64,000 nucleotides of DNA from an uncultured delta proteobacterium (lineage in GTDB: Bacteria > Desulfobacterota > Syntrophia > Syntrophales > UBA5619): positions 1 to 64,000 of the forward strand of contig CAWFOM010000002.1 in the NCBI GenBank assembly GCA_963817385.1. The letters run 5' to 3'. Position numbers and translations under genes: made by a program. The notes beneath the pieces were generated by a model. The model made no database searches. It had not been told where the DNA came from and worked only from the letters and a program-made list of their open reading frames with translations. The first letter of the stretch is position 1; the number at the start of each line of letters is the position of its first letter. Shown here piece by piece: positions 10,501 to 20,011 of the stretch.

Positions 10501-10609
10501 CGTCGGCACCCTCTTTACCCTGTTCGTCGTGCCGTCCATCTACATGCTCATCGCCCGCGACCATAGCAAGGACCGCGAACGCGATATCCGCACCGCGCCG
10601 GAGGCATAA
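7514..10609 (+). CDS. RND efflux permease (AcrB/MexI/MexW-like)
   Basis: 1031 aa; FIRRPVLA, GLVVDDAIVVVEN, KNGILIVEFA, RLRPILM. Confidence 0.95.
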   Translation: MKFTDLFIRRPVLAIVINLLIIVAGLQAIRTLNVRQYPHSENASVTVTTVYTGASANLVRGFITSPLERVIAAADGIEYLESQSTLGLSTITARLRLNYDSTKALAEISSKVDQVRNDLPPEAEVPIINIESAESRFASAYLSFSSDILQQNEITDFLVRVVQPRLSAVPGVQRADILGARTFAMRIWLKPERMGALNISPAQVRQALTANNFLAALGRSKGEYIQVNLTADTNLNTVDEFRELVVSQRNGIIVRLSDIADVVLGAEDYDAEVHFTGKTAVFMGIWPLPNANSLDVIKRVRVEMDSLQRDLPAGLKGLVAYDATNYISNAIREVLKTLGDTLMIVMVVIFLFLGSFRSVLVPVVAIPVSLIGGVFLMQAFGFTINLLTLLAIVLSVGLVVDDAIVVVENVERHLREGKSPTDAALIGARELVGPIIAMTVTLATVYLPIGLQGGLTGSLFREFAFTLAGAVTISGIVALTLSPVMSARLLKPGGEGRGLAGRITRDFERFRNFYGRLLGATLAARPAVYAVWIVVSLAAPVMFFMSATELAPTEDQGVIFGILDASANSTLDQNKRYAAEVNQVFMSVPETEFTFQITFPNAGFGGMVVKPWDDRKRNTFQILPEVQQKLHAIPGIRIFPTLPPALPGGGDFPVEFILASTAETSQILEFANQLQMKAMQSKMFAFPPLIDVKIDQPESRFLVDRDKAASLGLNLGQIAGDLGGMVGGNFVNRFDIAGRSYKVIPQIQRVDRLNPEQLKDVYVTGPNGRLVPLGTFAALSESVVPRSLNRFQQLNAVKISGVAMRPLDEALRFLEDEAAKILPKGYVIDYTGESRQLRIEGNKFLPAFNLAVILIFLVLAAQFNSFRDPFVILTGSVPLAMFGALLFTFLKIPDPNVPFWTGGWTTTLNIYSQVGLVTLVGLVSKNGILIVEFANQLQLRGVPKLEAVRQAASIRLRPILMVSAATIAGHFPLTLVTGAGAAARNSIGLVLVGGMFVGTLFTLFVVPSIYMLIARDHSKDRERDIRTAPEA

Positions 10610-10887
10610 AATTTTAAATTTTTCTTTAGTCGCTGACGGATTCAGAAAGCGGATACGGAAAGGTTGCACTGCTCTTCATAGATGTGTATAGGAAGAACGT
10701 AGCGATGTTTTTGTCGAAGGTGCTCTGCCCCTGATCCAGGGCGGCGTTCTCCGGCAGCCGATGACGGAGAAACTGGCCGGCGAAGGAGTTTCCCACGACT
10801 TGGCCAAGGGACTGCCCAAAGGCTGGCGGTAGGCGGAACCAACATCCCTGGGATTTGAGTCCGCGCGGAAAATAGAGGATTCAAAAT

Positions 10888-11319
10888 GTGAACATACGGA
10901 TCTTTCCCCCTCTGATTGTCATCCTCTTCATTTTGTCTTTTCAGAATGTTTATGGTGCTGAGTCAGAATTTTATTGTGAACAATTAGATGGATCTAAATT
11001 TTATTATGACAAGAATAATATTGTTCATTCATCCGGTAAAGTGAGGATATGGAATAGTGTAATATTATCCGATATTGGTAAAGAATATGTAAGAAATAAC
11101 ATCGGAATGAATAATGAAATTAATGATGTCGACCCCTATAAAATATTAACCTATAATGAAGTTGATTGTAAGCAAATGAATTTTCGTGTTCTCAGTGTGA
11201 TTTTTTGCGGCTATACGAAAAGTATGTTGAGAAAGATAGATGATCCCCCTGATAGATTGATTGTCCCAAATACATGTCCTGAGGAATTATTCAATATTAT
11301 TTGTAAAAACAGAAAGTGA
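10888..11319 (+). CDS. Exported AT-rich protein, surface-adhesin-E-like
   Basis: Signal peptide; FYYD..VRIW..EVDCK..RVLSV..PE pattern. Confidence 0.5.
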   Translation: MNIRIFPPLIVILFILSFQNVYGAESEFYCEQLDGSKFYYDKNNIVHSSGKVRIWNSVILSDIGKEYVRNNIGMNNEINDVDPYKILTYNEVDCKQMNFRVLSVIFCGYTKSMLRKIDDPPDRLIVPNTCPEELFNIICKNRK

Positions 11320-11346
11320 ATTACCCCGCCCACAGGGCGGGACATC
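11316..11346 (-). mobile_element. IS200/IS605-type right-end hairpin (solo end)
   Basis: Minus strand GATGTCCCGCCCTGTGGGCGGGGTAATTCAC: GC hairpin followed by terminal TCAC. Confidence 0.5.
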
Positions 11347-11420
11347 GAAAACCAAGGGGAGAAGGCATATCATAATCGAATCGTATGGCGAGACGCCCAT
11401 CTTTTGAAAGGAGACTTGCC

Positions 11421-13931
11421 ATGAACGAGAGACCCCCCAAAGCGGCACCGCAGCCCGGGGAACCGGTCTGCGAGGATATCCGCACCAGTTCGACCCCCGC
11501 CACGATCGCCCGGGCCATCGTCGAAAACCTGCACTACGTGAAGGGCCGGACACCCGCCCACGCCACAACCAACGACTGGTATGTCGCCCTGGCCCACACG
11601 GTGCGGGACAGGCTGCTCGAACACTGGATCGGGACCGTCACGACCCGCCTTCGCCAGCCCAAGATCGTCGCCTATCTCTCCGCCGAATTCCTGCCCGGCC
11701 CGCACCTGGGGAACGCCCTGCTCAACCTCGGCATCACCCGGCAGGTGCAGGAGGCCGTCGCCCGGCTCGATCTCGACCTGGAGACCCTCCTCGACCACGA
11801 GCAGGAACCGGGGCTCGGCAACGGCGGCCTCGGGAGGCTGGCGGCCTGTTTCCTCGATTCCCTGGCCACGCTCCGGATTCCCGCCATTGGCTATGGCATC
11901 CGCTATGAATTCGGCATCTTCGATCAGGAGATCAGCGACGGCTGGCAAAAGGAGATCACTGACAAGTGGCTCGCCATGGGGAATCCCTGGGAGATTTGTC
12001 GTCCCGAGATTGCCTATTACGTGCACTTCGGTGGCCGCACGGAATACGACGCCGACGAAGAGGGGCGGCTACGGGTCCGGTGGATCCCCGGACAGGCCGT
12101 CAAGGGCGTGGCCTACGACACCCCCATCCCGGGATACGAGGGCCCCGTCGTCGATCTGCTCCGTCTCTGGAAGTCGGAGGCCGTGGAGTCCTTCGATTTC
12201 CAGGCCTTCAACGTGGGCGACTACTACGGCGCCGTCCACGAAAAGATCGCTTCCGAGACGATCACCAAGATCCTCTATCCCAACGACGATCCCGCTATCG
12301 GCAAACGCCTCCGCCTGTCACAGCAGTACTTCTTCGTCTCCTGTTCGCTCCGGGACATGATCCGGATCCACGAACTCCAGGGAAACCCTCTGGCCACGTT
12401 CCCGGAGGGGTTCGCGGCGCAGCTCAACGACACCCACCCCTCCATCGCCGTGCCCGAACTCATGCGACTTCTCGTGGACGAGCGCCGCGTCGATTGGGAC
12501 GAGGCCTGGGCCATCACCCAAAAGACCTTTTCCTACACCAACCACACCCTCCTGAGCGAGGCACTCGAGACCTGGCCCCTGCCTCTCTTCCGGGAGCTGC
12601 TGCCGCGCCACCTGGAGATCATCTTCGAGATCAACCGGCGGTTCCTTGAGGGGCTGAGGAGCCGGGGCATCGGGGACAACGAGCGGCTGCGGCGTCTGTC
12701 GCTCATCGACGAGGCGGGAGACAAAGCGGTGCGCATGGCCCACCTGGCCACGGTGGGGAGCCATGCTGTCAACGGCGTGGCCAAGCTCCACACGGAGCTT
12801 TTGAAAGAGACGGTTCTGCGGGATTTCCACGAGATCGCCCCGGAAAAATTCCACAACATCACCAACGGGGTGACACCCCGCCGCTGGATGGCGCTCTCCA
12901 ACCCAGGCCTTGCGGAACTCATCACCAGCGCAATCGGCGACGAGTGGATCTGCCGGCTCGAATCGGAGGTCAGGCGGCTGGAGCCCCTGGCTGCGGACGC
13001 CGGGTTCAGGGAACGCTGGCGAGCGGTGAAGCAAGCCAACAAGGAGGGCCTCGCCCGCCTCATCCGGGAGCGGACAGGCGTCGCCGTGCCCGCCGAGAGC
13101 CTCTTCGATGTCCAGGTCAAGCGGATCCACGAGTACAAGCGGCAGCATCTGAACCTCCTCCACGTCGTCACGCTCTACCGGCGATTCAAGAAAAACCCCG
13201 CCCTCGCCGGACCGCCGCGGACGGTTATCTTCGGCGGCAAGGCTGCCCCCGGCTACCGGATGGCCAAGCTGATCATCAAGCTCATCCATGCCGTCGCCGA
13301 GGTCGTGAACGGCGACCCGGTAGTTGCGGACCGGCTGAAGGTGGCCTTCTTCCCCGATTTCAACGTTCGGAACGGCCAGCGAATCTACCCGGCCGCCGAC
13401 CTCTCGGAGCAGATCTCCCTGGCCGGCAAGGAGGCCTCGGGGACGGGGAACATGAAGTTTTCTTTGAACGGCGCCATCACGATCGGGACCCTGGACGGCG
13501 CCAATGTGGAGATCCGGGAGCAGGTGGGGAAGGAGAACTTCTTTCTTTTCGGCCTCACGGCCCGGGAGGTTTTTGCGCAAAAGGCCCGCGGCTACGACCC
13601 CCGGGCCTATTATGAAAGCGATGAGGAACTGAAGGCGGCGATCGATCTGATCGGCTCCGGGTTCTTCTCTCCCGGCGACCCCGGCCTCTTCCGGCCCCTG
13701 GTCGAGGCGCTCCTCGGCCGCGACGATTACCTTGTTTTGGCCGATTACCGCTCCTACATCGCCGCCCAGGAAGCCGCCGGCAGGGCTTATACGGACCGGG
13801 AAGGCTGGACGGCCATGTCGATCCTCAACGTGGCCCGCATGGGCGCCTTCTCCTCCGACCGTTCCATCCGAGAATACGCCGATAAAATCTGGAAGGTGCA
13901 GGCCCTCCACCGGGAAAGAAAATCGTCCTGA
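11421..13931 (+). CDS. glgP: Glycogen/alpha-glucan phosphorylase
   Basis: LGNGGLGRLAACF, QLNDTHP, VKRIHEYKRQ, EASGTGNMKF PLP site. Confidence 0.97.
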   Translation: MNERPPKAAPQPGEPVCEDIRTSSTPATIARAIVENLHYVKGRTPAHATTNDWYVALAHTVRDRLLEHWIGTVTTRLRQPKIVAYLSAEFLPGPHLGNALLNLGITRQVQEAVARLDLDLETLLDHEQEPGLGNGGLGRLAACFLDSLATLRIPAIGYGIRYEFGIFDQEISDGWQKEITDKWLAMGNPWEICRPEIAYYVHFGGRTEYDADEEGRLRVRWIPGQAVKGVAYDTPIPGYEGPVVDLLRLWKSEAVESFDFQAFNVGDYYGAVHEKIASETITKILYPNDDPAIGKRLRLSQQYFFVSCSLRDMIRIHELQGNPLATFPEGFAAQLNDTHPSIAVPELMRLLVDERRVDWDEAWAITQKTFSYTNHTLLSEALETWPLPLFRELLPRHLEIIFEINRRFLEGLRSRGIGDNERLRRLSLIDEAGDKAVRMAHLATVGSHAVNGVAKLHTELLKETVLRDFHEIAPEKFHNITNGVTPRRWMALSNPGLAELITSAIGDEWICRLESEVRRLEPLAADAGFRERWRAVKQANKEGLARLIRERTGVAVPAESLFDVQVKRIHEYKRQHLNLLHVVTLYRRFKKNPALAGPPRTVIFGGKAAPGYRMAKLIIKLIHAVAEVVNGDPVVADRLKVAFFPDFNVRNGQRIYPAADLSEQISLAGKEASGTGNMKFSLNGAITIGTLDGANVEIREQVGKENFFLFGLTAREVFAQKARGYDPRAYYESDEELKAAIDLIGSGFFSPGDPGLFRPLVEALLGRDDYLVLADYRSYIAAQEAAGRAYTDREGWTAMSILNVARMGAFSSDRSIREYADKIWKVQALHRERKSS

Positions 13932-14192
13932 ATCTCCCCAAGGCATAGTGACCGCCCTCGTAAAAAAACCCCACTGAATTCCTGCGAAAACTGGCCTTCG
14001 CCATCCAGTGTCTTCGTGACCATCGACCGCCTCCAATTTTTTCAGGGTGCGCCGGCATGCTCCTCCATTTGATTCGTCTGATGTGCTGAAGTTTTTTGAT
14101 CTCCCGCATGTTCGCTTCTTCGGGATCCGAAGACCTTGACGTCATGACGTTGTGGTGCTATCTTGCAAACAGCGACATAAGGAGGTGATAGT

Positions 14193-14426
14193 ATGGCCAA
14201 GCAAGCCAAACGAGCCACAGTGTATTTGGACCCCGAGTTGCACAAGGCACTGCGGCTGAAAGCAGTCGAGACTTCTCGATCGGTATCGGAACTTGTGAAC
14301 AATGCCGTCAGAGAAGCCCTTGCAGAGGATGCGGACGATATAGCGGCATTCGGGGAACGGGTCAGAGAACCTTTGATTGCCTATGACGAAATGGTCAAGA
14401 GACTGAGAAGCGATGGCCGCATATAA
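14193..14426 (+). CDS. CopG/RHH-family antitoxin
   Basis: RATVYLDPELHKALRLKA; overlaps toxin gene. Confidence 0.85.
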   Translation: MAKQAKRATVYLDPELHKALRLKAVETSRSVSELVNNAVREALAEDADDIAAFGERVREPLIAYDEMVKRLRSDGRI

Positions 14427-14670
14427 GATCTACTTCCGGCAATCAGTTGAGAAGGACTTCCATTCTATTCCCAAGAAGGACATACGGAAGATTCTTCGTC
14501 GTATTCAGGCACTGGGGGAAGATCCACGGCCTTCAGGCTGCGAAAAGCTGACCGGCCAGGAGAGGTACCGCCTTCGTCAAGGCCACTACAGGATTGTCTA
14601 CTCCATTCAGGACGAGGAGCTTACTATCTGGATAGTGAAAGTTGGGCATCGGAAAGAGGTTTACCGATGA
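14413..14670 (+). CDS. relE: RelE/StbE-family toxin
   Basis: DPRPSGCEKL..YRLRQGHYRIVY..KVGHRKEVYR. Confidence 0.88.
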   Translation: MAAYKIYFRQSVEKDFHSIPKKDIRKILRRIQALGEDPRPSGCEKLTGQERYRLRQGHYRIVYSIQDEELTIWIVKVGHRKEVYR

Positions 14671-14722
14671 AGCGCTCCACGGGATTGCCGATTCATCCGG
14701 TTCTCGATAAACGGCGAAAAAA

Positions 14723-15685
14723 TCAGATCCCCGCGCCCCGCTCGAAATCCTCCTCCCGGCTCTGCGCCTGGGTGATCCGGCTTCCCGGCGGCACGCTGTG
14801 GACCAGCCAGACGTTACCGCCGATCACCGAACCGTGCCCGATCGTCACCCGGCCGAGGATCGTCGCCCCGGAGTAAATGACCACATCATCCTCGACGATC
14901 GGATGGCGGTCGATCCCCCGGACGGGGTTGCCCTCCCCGTCCAGCTGGAAACTTTTCGCCCCGAGCGTGACCCCCTGGTAGAGCCGGACCCGGCTGCCGA
15001 TAATGCAGGTCTCCCCGATGACGACCCCCGTCCCGTGATCGATGAAGAACCGCTCCCCGATGGCCGCGCCGGGATTGATGTCGATCCCGGTCGCACTATG
15101 GGCCGCTTCGGTGATCATCCGGGGGATGATCGGTACGCCGAGGAGACGCAGTTCATGAGCCAGACGGTAGTTCGTTATCGCCAGGAGCCCCGGATAGCAG
15201 AAGATCACCTCATCCGGAGTTGCAGCCGCCGGGTCCCCCTCATAGGAGGCCTTGACATCCAGGGCAAGCAATCGCTGCACCTTCGGGAGTGCCTGGAGGA
15301 ATTTTCCGGTCAACTCGCGCGCCTGGGCGTCGCAGAAGGGCAGACATTCCGGCCCCTCCTCGCAGGTGAAGCAGAGCCCCCGCTTGATCTGTTCCTGCAG
15401 GTTCCGCCGGATGTGGTCCAGCGCCGAGCCGACATGGAACCGGAGGCTCTCCTCCTTGAGTTCCGAGAAACCATAATACCCAGGGAACAGGACGGAACGG
15501 AGGGACTCGATGATCTCGCCGATCGCCTGCCGGGAGGGCAGCTCCTGCTCCTGCCGCCGCTTTTTCATTCCCGCCGTGGAGCCGTTTTTCAGGCTGCTGA
15601 GCGCCTCCACCAGTTGCGAAAAATCGCCCTCTGCCGTGATCCCCACCGCCGGAATCTTTTTATCATCGCTGTTTGCCATAACCAT
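14723..15685 (-). CDS. cysE: Serine O-acetyltransferase
   Basis: GDPAA, YPG, FFIDHGTGVVIGET, LYQGVTLGA, RHP. Confidence 0.92.
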   Translation of the reverse strand: MVMANSDDKKIPAVGITAEGDFSQLVEALSSLKNGSTAGMKKRRQEQELPSRQAIGEIIESLRSVLFPGYYGFSELKEESLRFHVGSALDHIRRNLQEQIKRGLCFTCEEGPECLPFCDAQARELTGKFLQALPKVQRLLALDVKASYEGDPAAATPDEVIFCYPGLLAITNYRLAHELRLLGVPIIPRMITEAAHSATGIDINPGAAIGERFFIDHGTGVVIGETCIIGSRVRLYQGVTLGAKSFQLDGEGNPVRGIDRHPIVEDDVVIYSGATILGRVTIGHGSVIGGNVWLVHSVPPGSRITQAQSREEDFERGAGI

Positions 15686-15737
15686 GTCCTCTTTTCCTGA
15701 AAGACCCTTTCCCCTATATGATTATTGAGACATCCCC

Positions 15738-15763
15738 GGACCCCGGCTTTCGCCGGGGTGACG
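15738..15763. repeat. REP-like palindrome
   Basis: GGACCCCGGC-TTTC-GCCGGGGTGACG (minus strand: CGTCACCCCGGCGAAAGCCGGGGTCC). Confidence 0.6.
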
Positions 15764-15768
15764 ATTAT

Positions 15769-16611
15769 TTAATCCCGTTTAGCCTCGGTCTCAGCGGATC
15801 CTGCGGTCGCCGCATCGCGCTCCGGCCGCTTAATGTCGATCCGCTCCTGACCCGCATAGACGTTCATCCCGCCCCCGCGGACGAAACCGATGATCGTAAG
15901 CCCCAGCTCCTTCGCGAGGTCGACTCCCATGTCCGTCGGCGCCGACTTGGAGATCAGGACGGGGATGCCGCTCCCCGCCGCCTTGAAGAGGATCTCCGAG
16001 GAGATCCGGCCGCTCGTGACCAGGATCCGGTCGGCGACGGCGATCTTCTCGATGAGGCAGCGGCCGAGGACCTTGTCGATGGCGTTATGCCTCCCGATGT
16101 CCTCGGCGAAGACCAGGACCTCCCGCGTGTCGCAGAGGGCCGCGCTGTGGACCCCGTGGGTGCTCCGGTAGAGCTCGGAGGCCCCCTGAAACCGCCGGCT
16201 CAGCGCCAGCACCTCCTCCGGCGTCACCTTGAGGTCGGAGAGGACCTTCTTCTTACGGTCCAGATCGGCGTAGCTGTAGAAGGCCATCCCCCGGCCGCAG
16301 CCGGTCGTCAGGACCCGCTTCATGAAGAGCTTGCCGTCCTGCGTCTTGTCCTCGGCGGTCCGGATCCGGACGATCCCCCGCTCTTCGTCCATCGTGAGCG
16401 CCGTGATCTCCTCCTTCGAGCGGATCATTCCCTCGGAATAGAGGAAACCGACGGCCAGGGCCTCCAGATCGCCGGGGGAGCAGAGGACCGTGACGAGCTG
16501 CTCGCCGTTGAGCATGATCGTGAGCGGAAACTCGCGGGCCGTCCACTCGGTCCGGATCGCGCTCCCCTCGCGGTCGATGTGCAGCGCCTCGACGCTCTTG
16601 CGGTTTTCCAT
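15769..16611 (-). CDS. fdhD: Formate dehydrogenase accessory sulfurtransferase FdhD
   Basis: EFPLTIMLNG, TTGCG, THGVHSAAL, EDIGRHNAIDK, TSGRISSEI; start MENRK inside the longer track ORF. Confidence 0.92.
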   Translation of the reverse strand: MENRKSVEALHIDREGSAIRTEWTAREFPLTIMLNGEQLVTVLCSPGDLEALAVGFLYSEGMIRSKEEITALTMDEERGIVRIRTAEDKTQDGKLFMKRVLTTGCGRGMAFYSYADLDRKKKVLSDLKVTPEEVLALSRRFQGASELYRSTHGVHSAALCDTREVLVFAEDIGRHNAIDKVLGRCLIEKIAVADRILVTSGRISSEILFKAAGSGIPVLISKSAPTDMGVDLAKELGLTIIGFVRGGGMNVYAGQERIDIKRPERDAATAGSAETEAKRD

Positions 16612-16625
16612 GAACGGGCCTCCCT

Positions 16626-17534
16626 TCAGCGGCCGATGTCCAGCATCACCTGGATGCACCGCCGGGCGCGCGCGGCGATCTCCTCGGGCACCTCGATTCG
16701 ATGCGTCATATCCTCGAGCGACCAGAGGATCTTCTCCACGGTCGTTTTTTTCATGTTCGGGCAGATGACCGTATCCGACACCGGGTGGAAGATCTTGTCC
16801 GGGTTTTCCTTCTTGAGGCGGTGGATGATCCCCGGCTCCGTCCCGACGATGATCTCCCGGGCCGGCGTCTCCTTCGCGAAGCGGCTCATCCCGCCGGTGG
16901 AGACGACGATGTCGGCGATGGCCGCCACCTCGGGGCGGCACTCCGGATGGACCATCACCACGGCCCCCGGATGGCGGGCGCGCGCCGCCTCGATGTGCTC
17001 CGGAAGGATCTTGGCGTGGGTGGGGCAGAACCCCGGCCAGGTGACGAACTCCCGTCCGGTCTTTCCGGCCACGAAGGCGGCCAGGTACTTGTCGGGGACG
17101 AAGATGATCTCCTTGGCATCCTTGAGGACCTCCTGGACCATCCGGACGGCGTTCGCGGAGGTGCAGCACAGGTCGCACTCCGCCTTCACGTCGGCCGAGG
17201 TGTTCACGTAGCAGAGGACCTTCGCCTCCGGATGCTTCGCCTTCAGGCCGCGGAGGTCCTCCCCCGTGATCATGTTCGCCATCGGACAGCCGGCATCCTT
17301 GTCCGGCAGAAGGACGGTCTTTGCCGGCGAGAGGATCTTCGCCGTCTCCGCCATGAAGTGCACGCCGCAAAAGACGATCACCTCCGCGTCGGTCTTCGAC
17401 GCCTTGATGCTCAGCTCCAGGGAATCGCCGACGAAGTCCGCAATGTCCTGGACCTCGGGGATCTGGTAGTTGTGGGCAAGGATGACGGCCTTCCGCTCCT
17501 TCTGGAGCTTCTTTATTTTATCAACTAGTTCCAC
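16626..17534 (-). CDS. nadA: Quinolinate synthase A
   Basis: ILAHNYQ, FCGVHFMAE, AGCPMA, HPEC, CPNMK. Confidence 0.96.
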   Translation of the reverse strand: MELVDKIKKLQKERKAVILAHNYQIPEVQDIADFVGDSLELSIKASKTDAEVIVFCGVHFMAETAKILSPAKTVLLPDKDAGCPMANMITGEDLRGLKAKHPEAKVLCYVNTSADVKAECDLCCTSANAVRMVQEVLKDAKEIIFVPDKYLAAFVAGKTGREFVTWPGFCPTHAKILPEHIEAARARHPGAVVMVHPECRPEVAAIADIVVSTGGMSRFAKETPAREIIVGTEPGIIHRLKKENPDKIFHPVSDTVICPNMKKTTVEKILWSLEDMTHRIEVPEEIAARARRCIQVMLDIGR

Positions 17535-18585
17535 GAAAAACCTCCTTGATTATCCCTCCGCCCAGAACGGTCCCCTCGTCATACAGGACGACGGACTGCC
17601 CGGGAGAGGCGGCCTCCTGCGGCTCCGTAAAGCGGACCGTGAGGCTCTCGCCATCGTACGAAATCAGGCACCGTGCCGCCTTGTGGGCGTAGCGGATCTT
17701 CGCCCAGGCCTCCTCCGGGAAGGCGTCGACCAGGCGGTTGACCTGATCCGCGATGAGCCCCTCCGACTTCAGGTCCTTCTTCGGACCGACGATGAGCCGG
17801 TTCACCGCGGCGTCGATCGCGAGCACGTAGAGGGGAGTGGGCGAGCTGATCCCTAACCCTCCCCGCTGGCCGATCGTGTAGCAGGCGATCCCCCGGTGCC
17901 GGCCGAGGACCTTGCCTGCCGTATCGACGATCTCGCCCGGTTCGAGCGGCGCGCCGCGGCCCCGGAGAAAGGCCTCGTGGCCCTCCGCCGGAATGAAGCA
18001 GATGTCCTGGCTCTCCGGCTTGTCAAAGACGGGGAGACCCGCCCGCTCGGCGATCCCCCGCACCTCGTCCTTGGTGAGCTCGGCCAGGGGGAAGAAGACC
18101 TTTGCCAGCGCCTCCCTCGGGATCGCGTGGAGGAAATAGGTCTGGTCCTTCCGGCGGTCCCTCGGAGTCTTCAGGCGGTATGCGCCATGGTCTTCCTCGA
18201 TCCCGGCGTAGTGGCCCGTGGCGAGGCCTTCGAAGCCCCACGCCAGGGCTTTCGCGAGGAGCGAACCGAACTTGATGGACCGGTTGCAGGCTATGCAGGG
18301 GTTGGGGGTCCTGCCCCGGCAGTACTCCTCGACAAAGGGGCGGATCACCTTTTCCTCCAAATCCGCCGCAAAGTCAACGACGTAATGCCTGATCCCGAGC
18401 GCCCGGCAGACCCGCGCTGCGTCCTCGATCTCCTTCGGTCCGCAGCACTTCGCCCGCCCCCCCTCGGCCGGGAGGACGCCCAGGCACATGGTGACGCCGA
18501 CCACCTCATGCCCGCCGTCCCGAAGCAGCAGGGCCGCCACTGCGGAATCGACGCCGCCGCTCATCGCGACGGCCACCTTCTTCAT
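17521..18585 (-). CDS. mnmA: tRNA 2-thiouridine(34) synthase
   Basis: AMSGGVDS, TPNPCIACN, ATGHYA, KDQTYFL, ESQDICF, YTIGQR. Confidence 0.96.
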   Translation of the reverse strand: MKKVAVAMSGGVDSAVAALLLRDGGHEVVGVTMCLGVLPAEGGRAKCCGPKEIEDAARVCRALGIRHYVVDFAADLEEKVIRPFVEEYCRGRTPNPCIACNRSIKFGSLLAKALAWGFEGLATGHYAGIEEDHGAYRLKTPRDRRKDQTYFLHAIPREALAKVFFPLAELTKDEVRGIAERAGLPVFDKPESQDICFIPAEGHEAFLRGRGAPLEPGEIVDTAGKVLGRHRGIACYTIGQRGGLGISSPTPLYVLAIDAAVNRLIVGPKKDLKSEGLIADQVNRLVDAFPEEAWAKIRYAHKAARCLISYDGESLTVRFTEPQEAASPGQSVVLYDEGTVLGGGIIKEVFRGTS

Positions 18586-18624
18586 AAGCTCATTCCCTAC
18601 CCTGCTGTTCCTTTCCTTTTCCCC

Positions 18625-18829
18625 AAAAAATGAAGGGGAGACGGAGCTTCGTGCCCGGGCGCATGGGAGATTTTTCCGGGCACCGTGCCACCTTGAGCGA
18701 AGCGACCGCCGGGAAACATGTTTGAGCGCCGTCAGGCGCGAGTTGGTTTTCCGGCAGCGAAGCGAGGATGTGCACGGTCGGAAAAAGATCCGCGCTATGG
18801 TACGAAGCTTCGTTTCCCCGTTCCATTTT
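18625..18829 (+). repeat. ~200-nt rod-like palindromic intergenic element
   Basis: 21-bp terminal stem 18635-18655/18799-18819 with three G-T pairs and no mismatches; nested inner stems. Confidence 0.7.
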
Positions 18830-19996
18830 CACTTCCTCCCCGCGGCCTCCGGCGACATGGTCCGCAGGCGACCGATGATCTGCGGCAGCGTCACCAGGAC
18901 CGCATCGATGTCGCTCTCCTTGCTGTAGCGCCCGAGACTGATGCGAAGCGATCCATGGGAGAACTCATGCGACAGGCCTATGGCCGTCAGGACATGCGAG
19001 GTCTCGACGCTCGCCGAAGAGCAGGCCGAACCGGTCGAACAGGAGATCCCCAGCATGTCCAGGCTCAGGATCATCCCCTCTCCCTCGACCCGGCTCGACG
19101 GAGAAATTGATGTTGTTCGGGAGCCGCCGCGTGGCATGGCCGTTCAGGCGGATCCCGGAGAGCTTCTCGAACAGGCCGCGGATCAAACGATCCCGCAGGG
19201 CGGTCATCCTCTTAGGCTCTTCAGCAAGCTCCTGCCCCGCCAGCTCCACGGCCTTCCCGAAACCGACGATTCCCGGCACATTCAGGGTGGAGGCCCGCCG
19301 GCCGCCCTCCTGTTCGCCGCCGTTCATAAACGGGACGACCCGCGTCCCCTGCCGGATGAAGAGCATCCCCACCCCCTTCGGGCCATAGAGCTTGTGGGCC
19401 GAGGCGCTCAGGAGATCGACGTTGAGTTCGGCCGCCGTAAACGGGAGATGGCCGAAGGTCTGGACGGCATCGGTATGGAAAGTGATCTCCCGCTCCCGGG
19501 CGAGCCTCCCGATCTCGGCGATCGGCTGGATCGTCCCGATCTCGTTGTTGGCATGCATGATGGTGATGAGGACGGTTTTGTCGGTAATCGCTCCGGCCAC
19601 GGCGTCCGGGTCCACCAGCCCCTCACCGTCGACGGGAAGATAGGTGACGCGGAATCCTTCCCTCTCCAGAAACCGGCAGGTCTCAAGGACCGCGGGGTGC
19701 TCGATGGCGGAGGTGATGACATGGTCGCCCTTTTTGCGGCTCGCGTAGGCCACCCCCTTGATCGCAAAGTTGTCGCTCTCCGTGCCGCCGCTGGTGAAGA
19801 CGATCTCCGCCGGGGTCGCCCCGAGGAAGGAGGCGATCCGCGCCCGTGCTGCCTCGACGGCCGACCGCGCCTCCTGGCCGAAGGCGTGGAGGCTGGAGGG
19901 GTTGCCGAATACCTCCCCGAAGTAGGGTTGCATCGCCGCGATTACCCGCTGATCCGTCGGCGTCGTCGCCGCATAGTCCATGTAGATCTGTTTCAT
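18829..19996 (-). CDS. iscS: Cysteine desulfurase IscS/NifS, one frameshift near 19090
   Basis: YMDYAATTP, FTSGGTESDN, HTDAVQ, SAHKLYGPKG; catalytic STGSACSS lies in another frame after GAGCCGGGTC (one extra base). Confidence 0.9.
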
Positions 19997-20011
19997 GTTG
20001 TCACTATCACA

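Noticed and set aside
10610..10887. Gene or structured RNA after the RND operon
   Set aside because: No recognisable translation or convincing fold.
19080..19100. Programmed frameshifting in iscS and the other shifted genes
   Set aside because: No slippery heptamer or homopolymer run at the shift sites.
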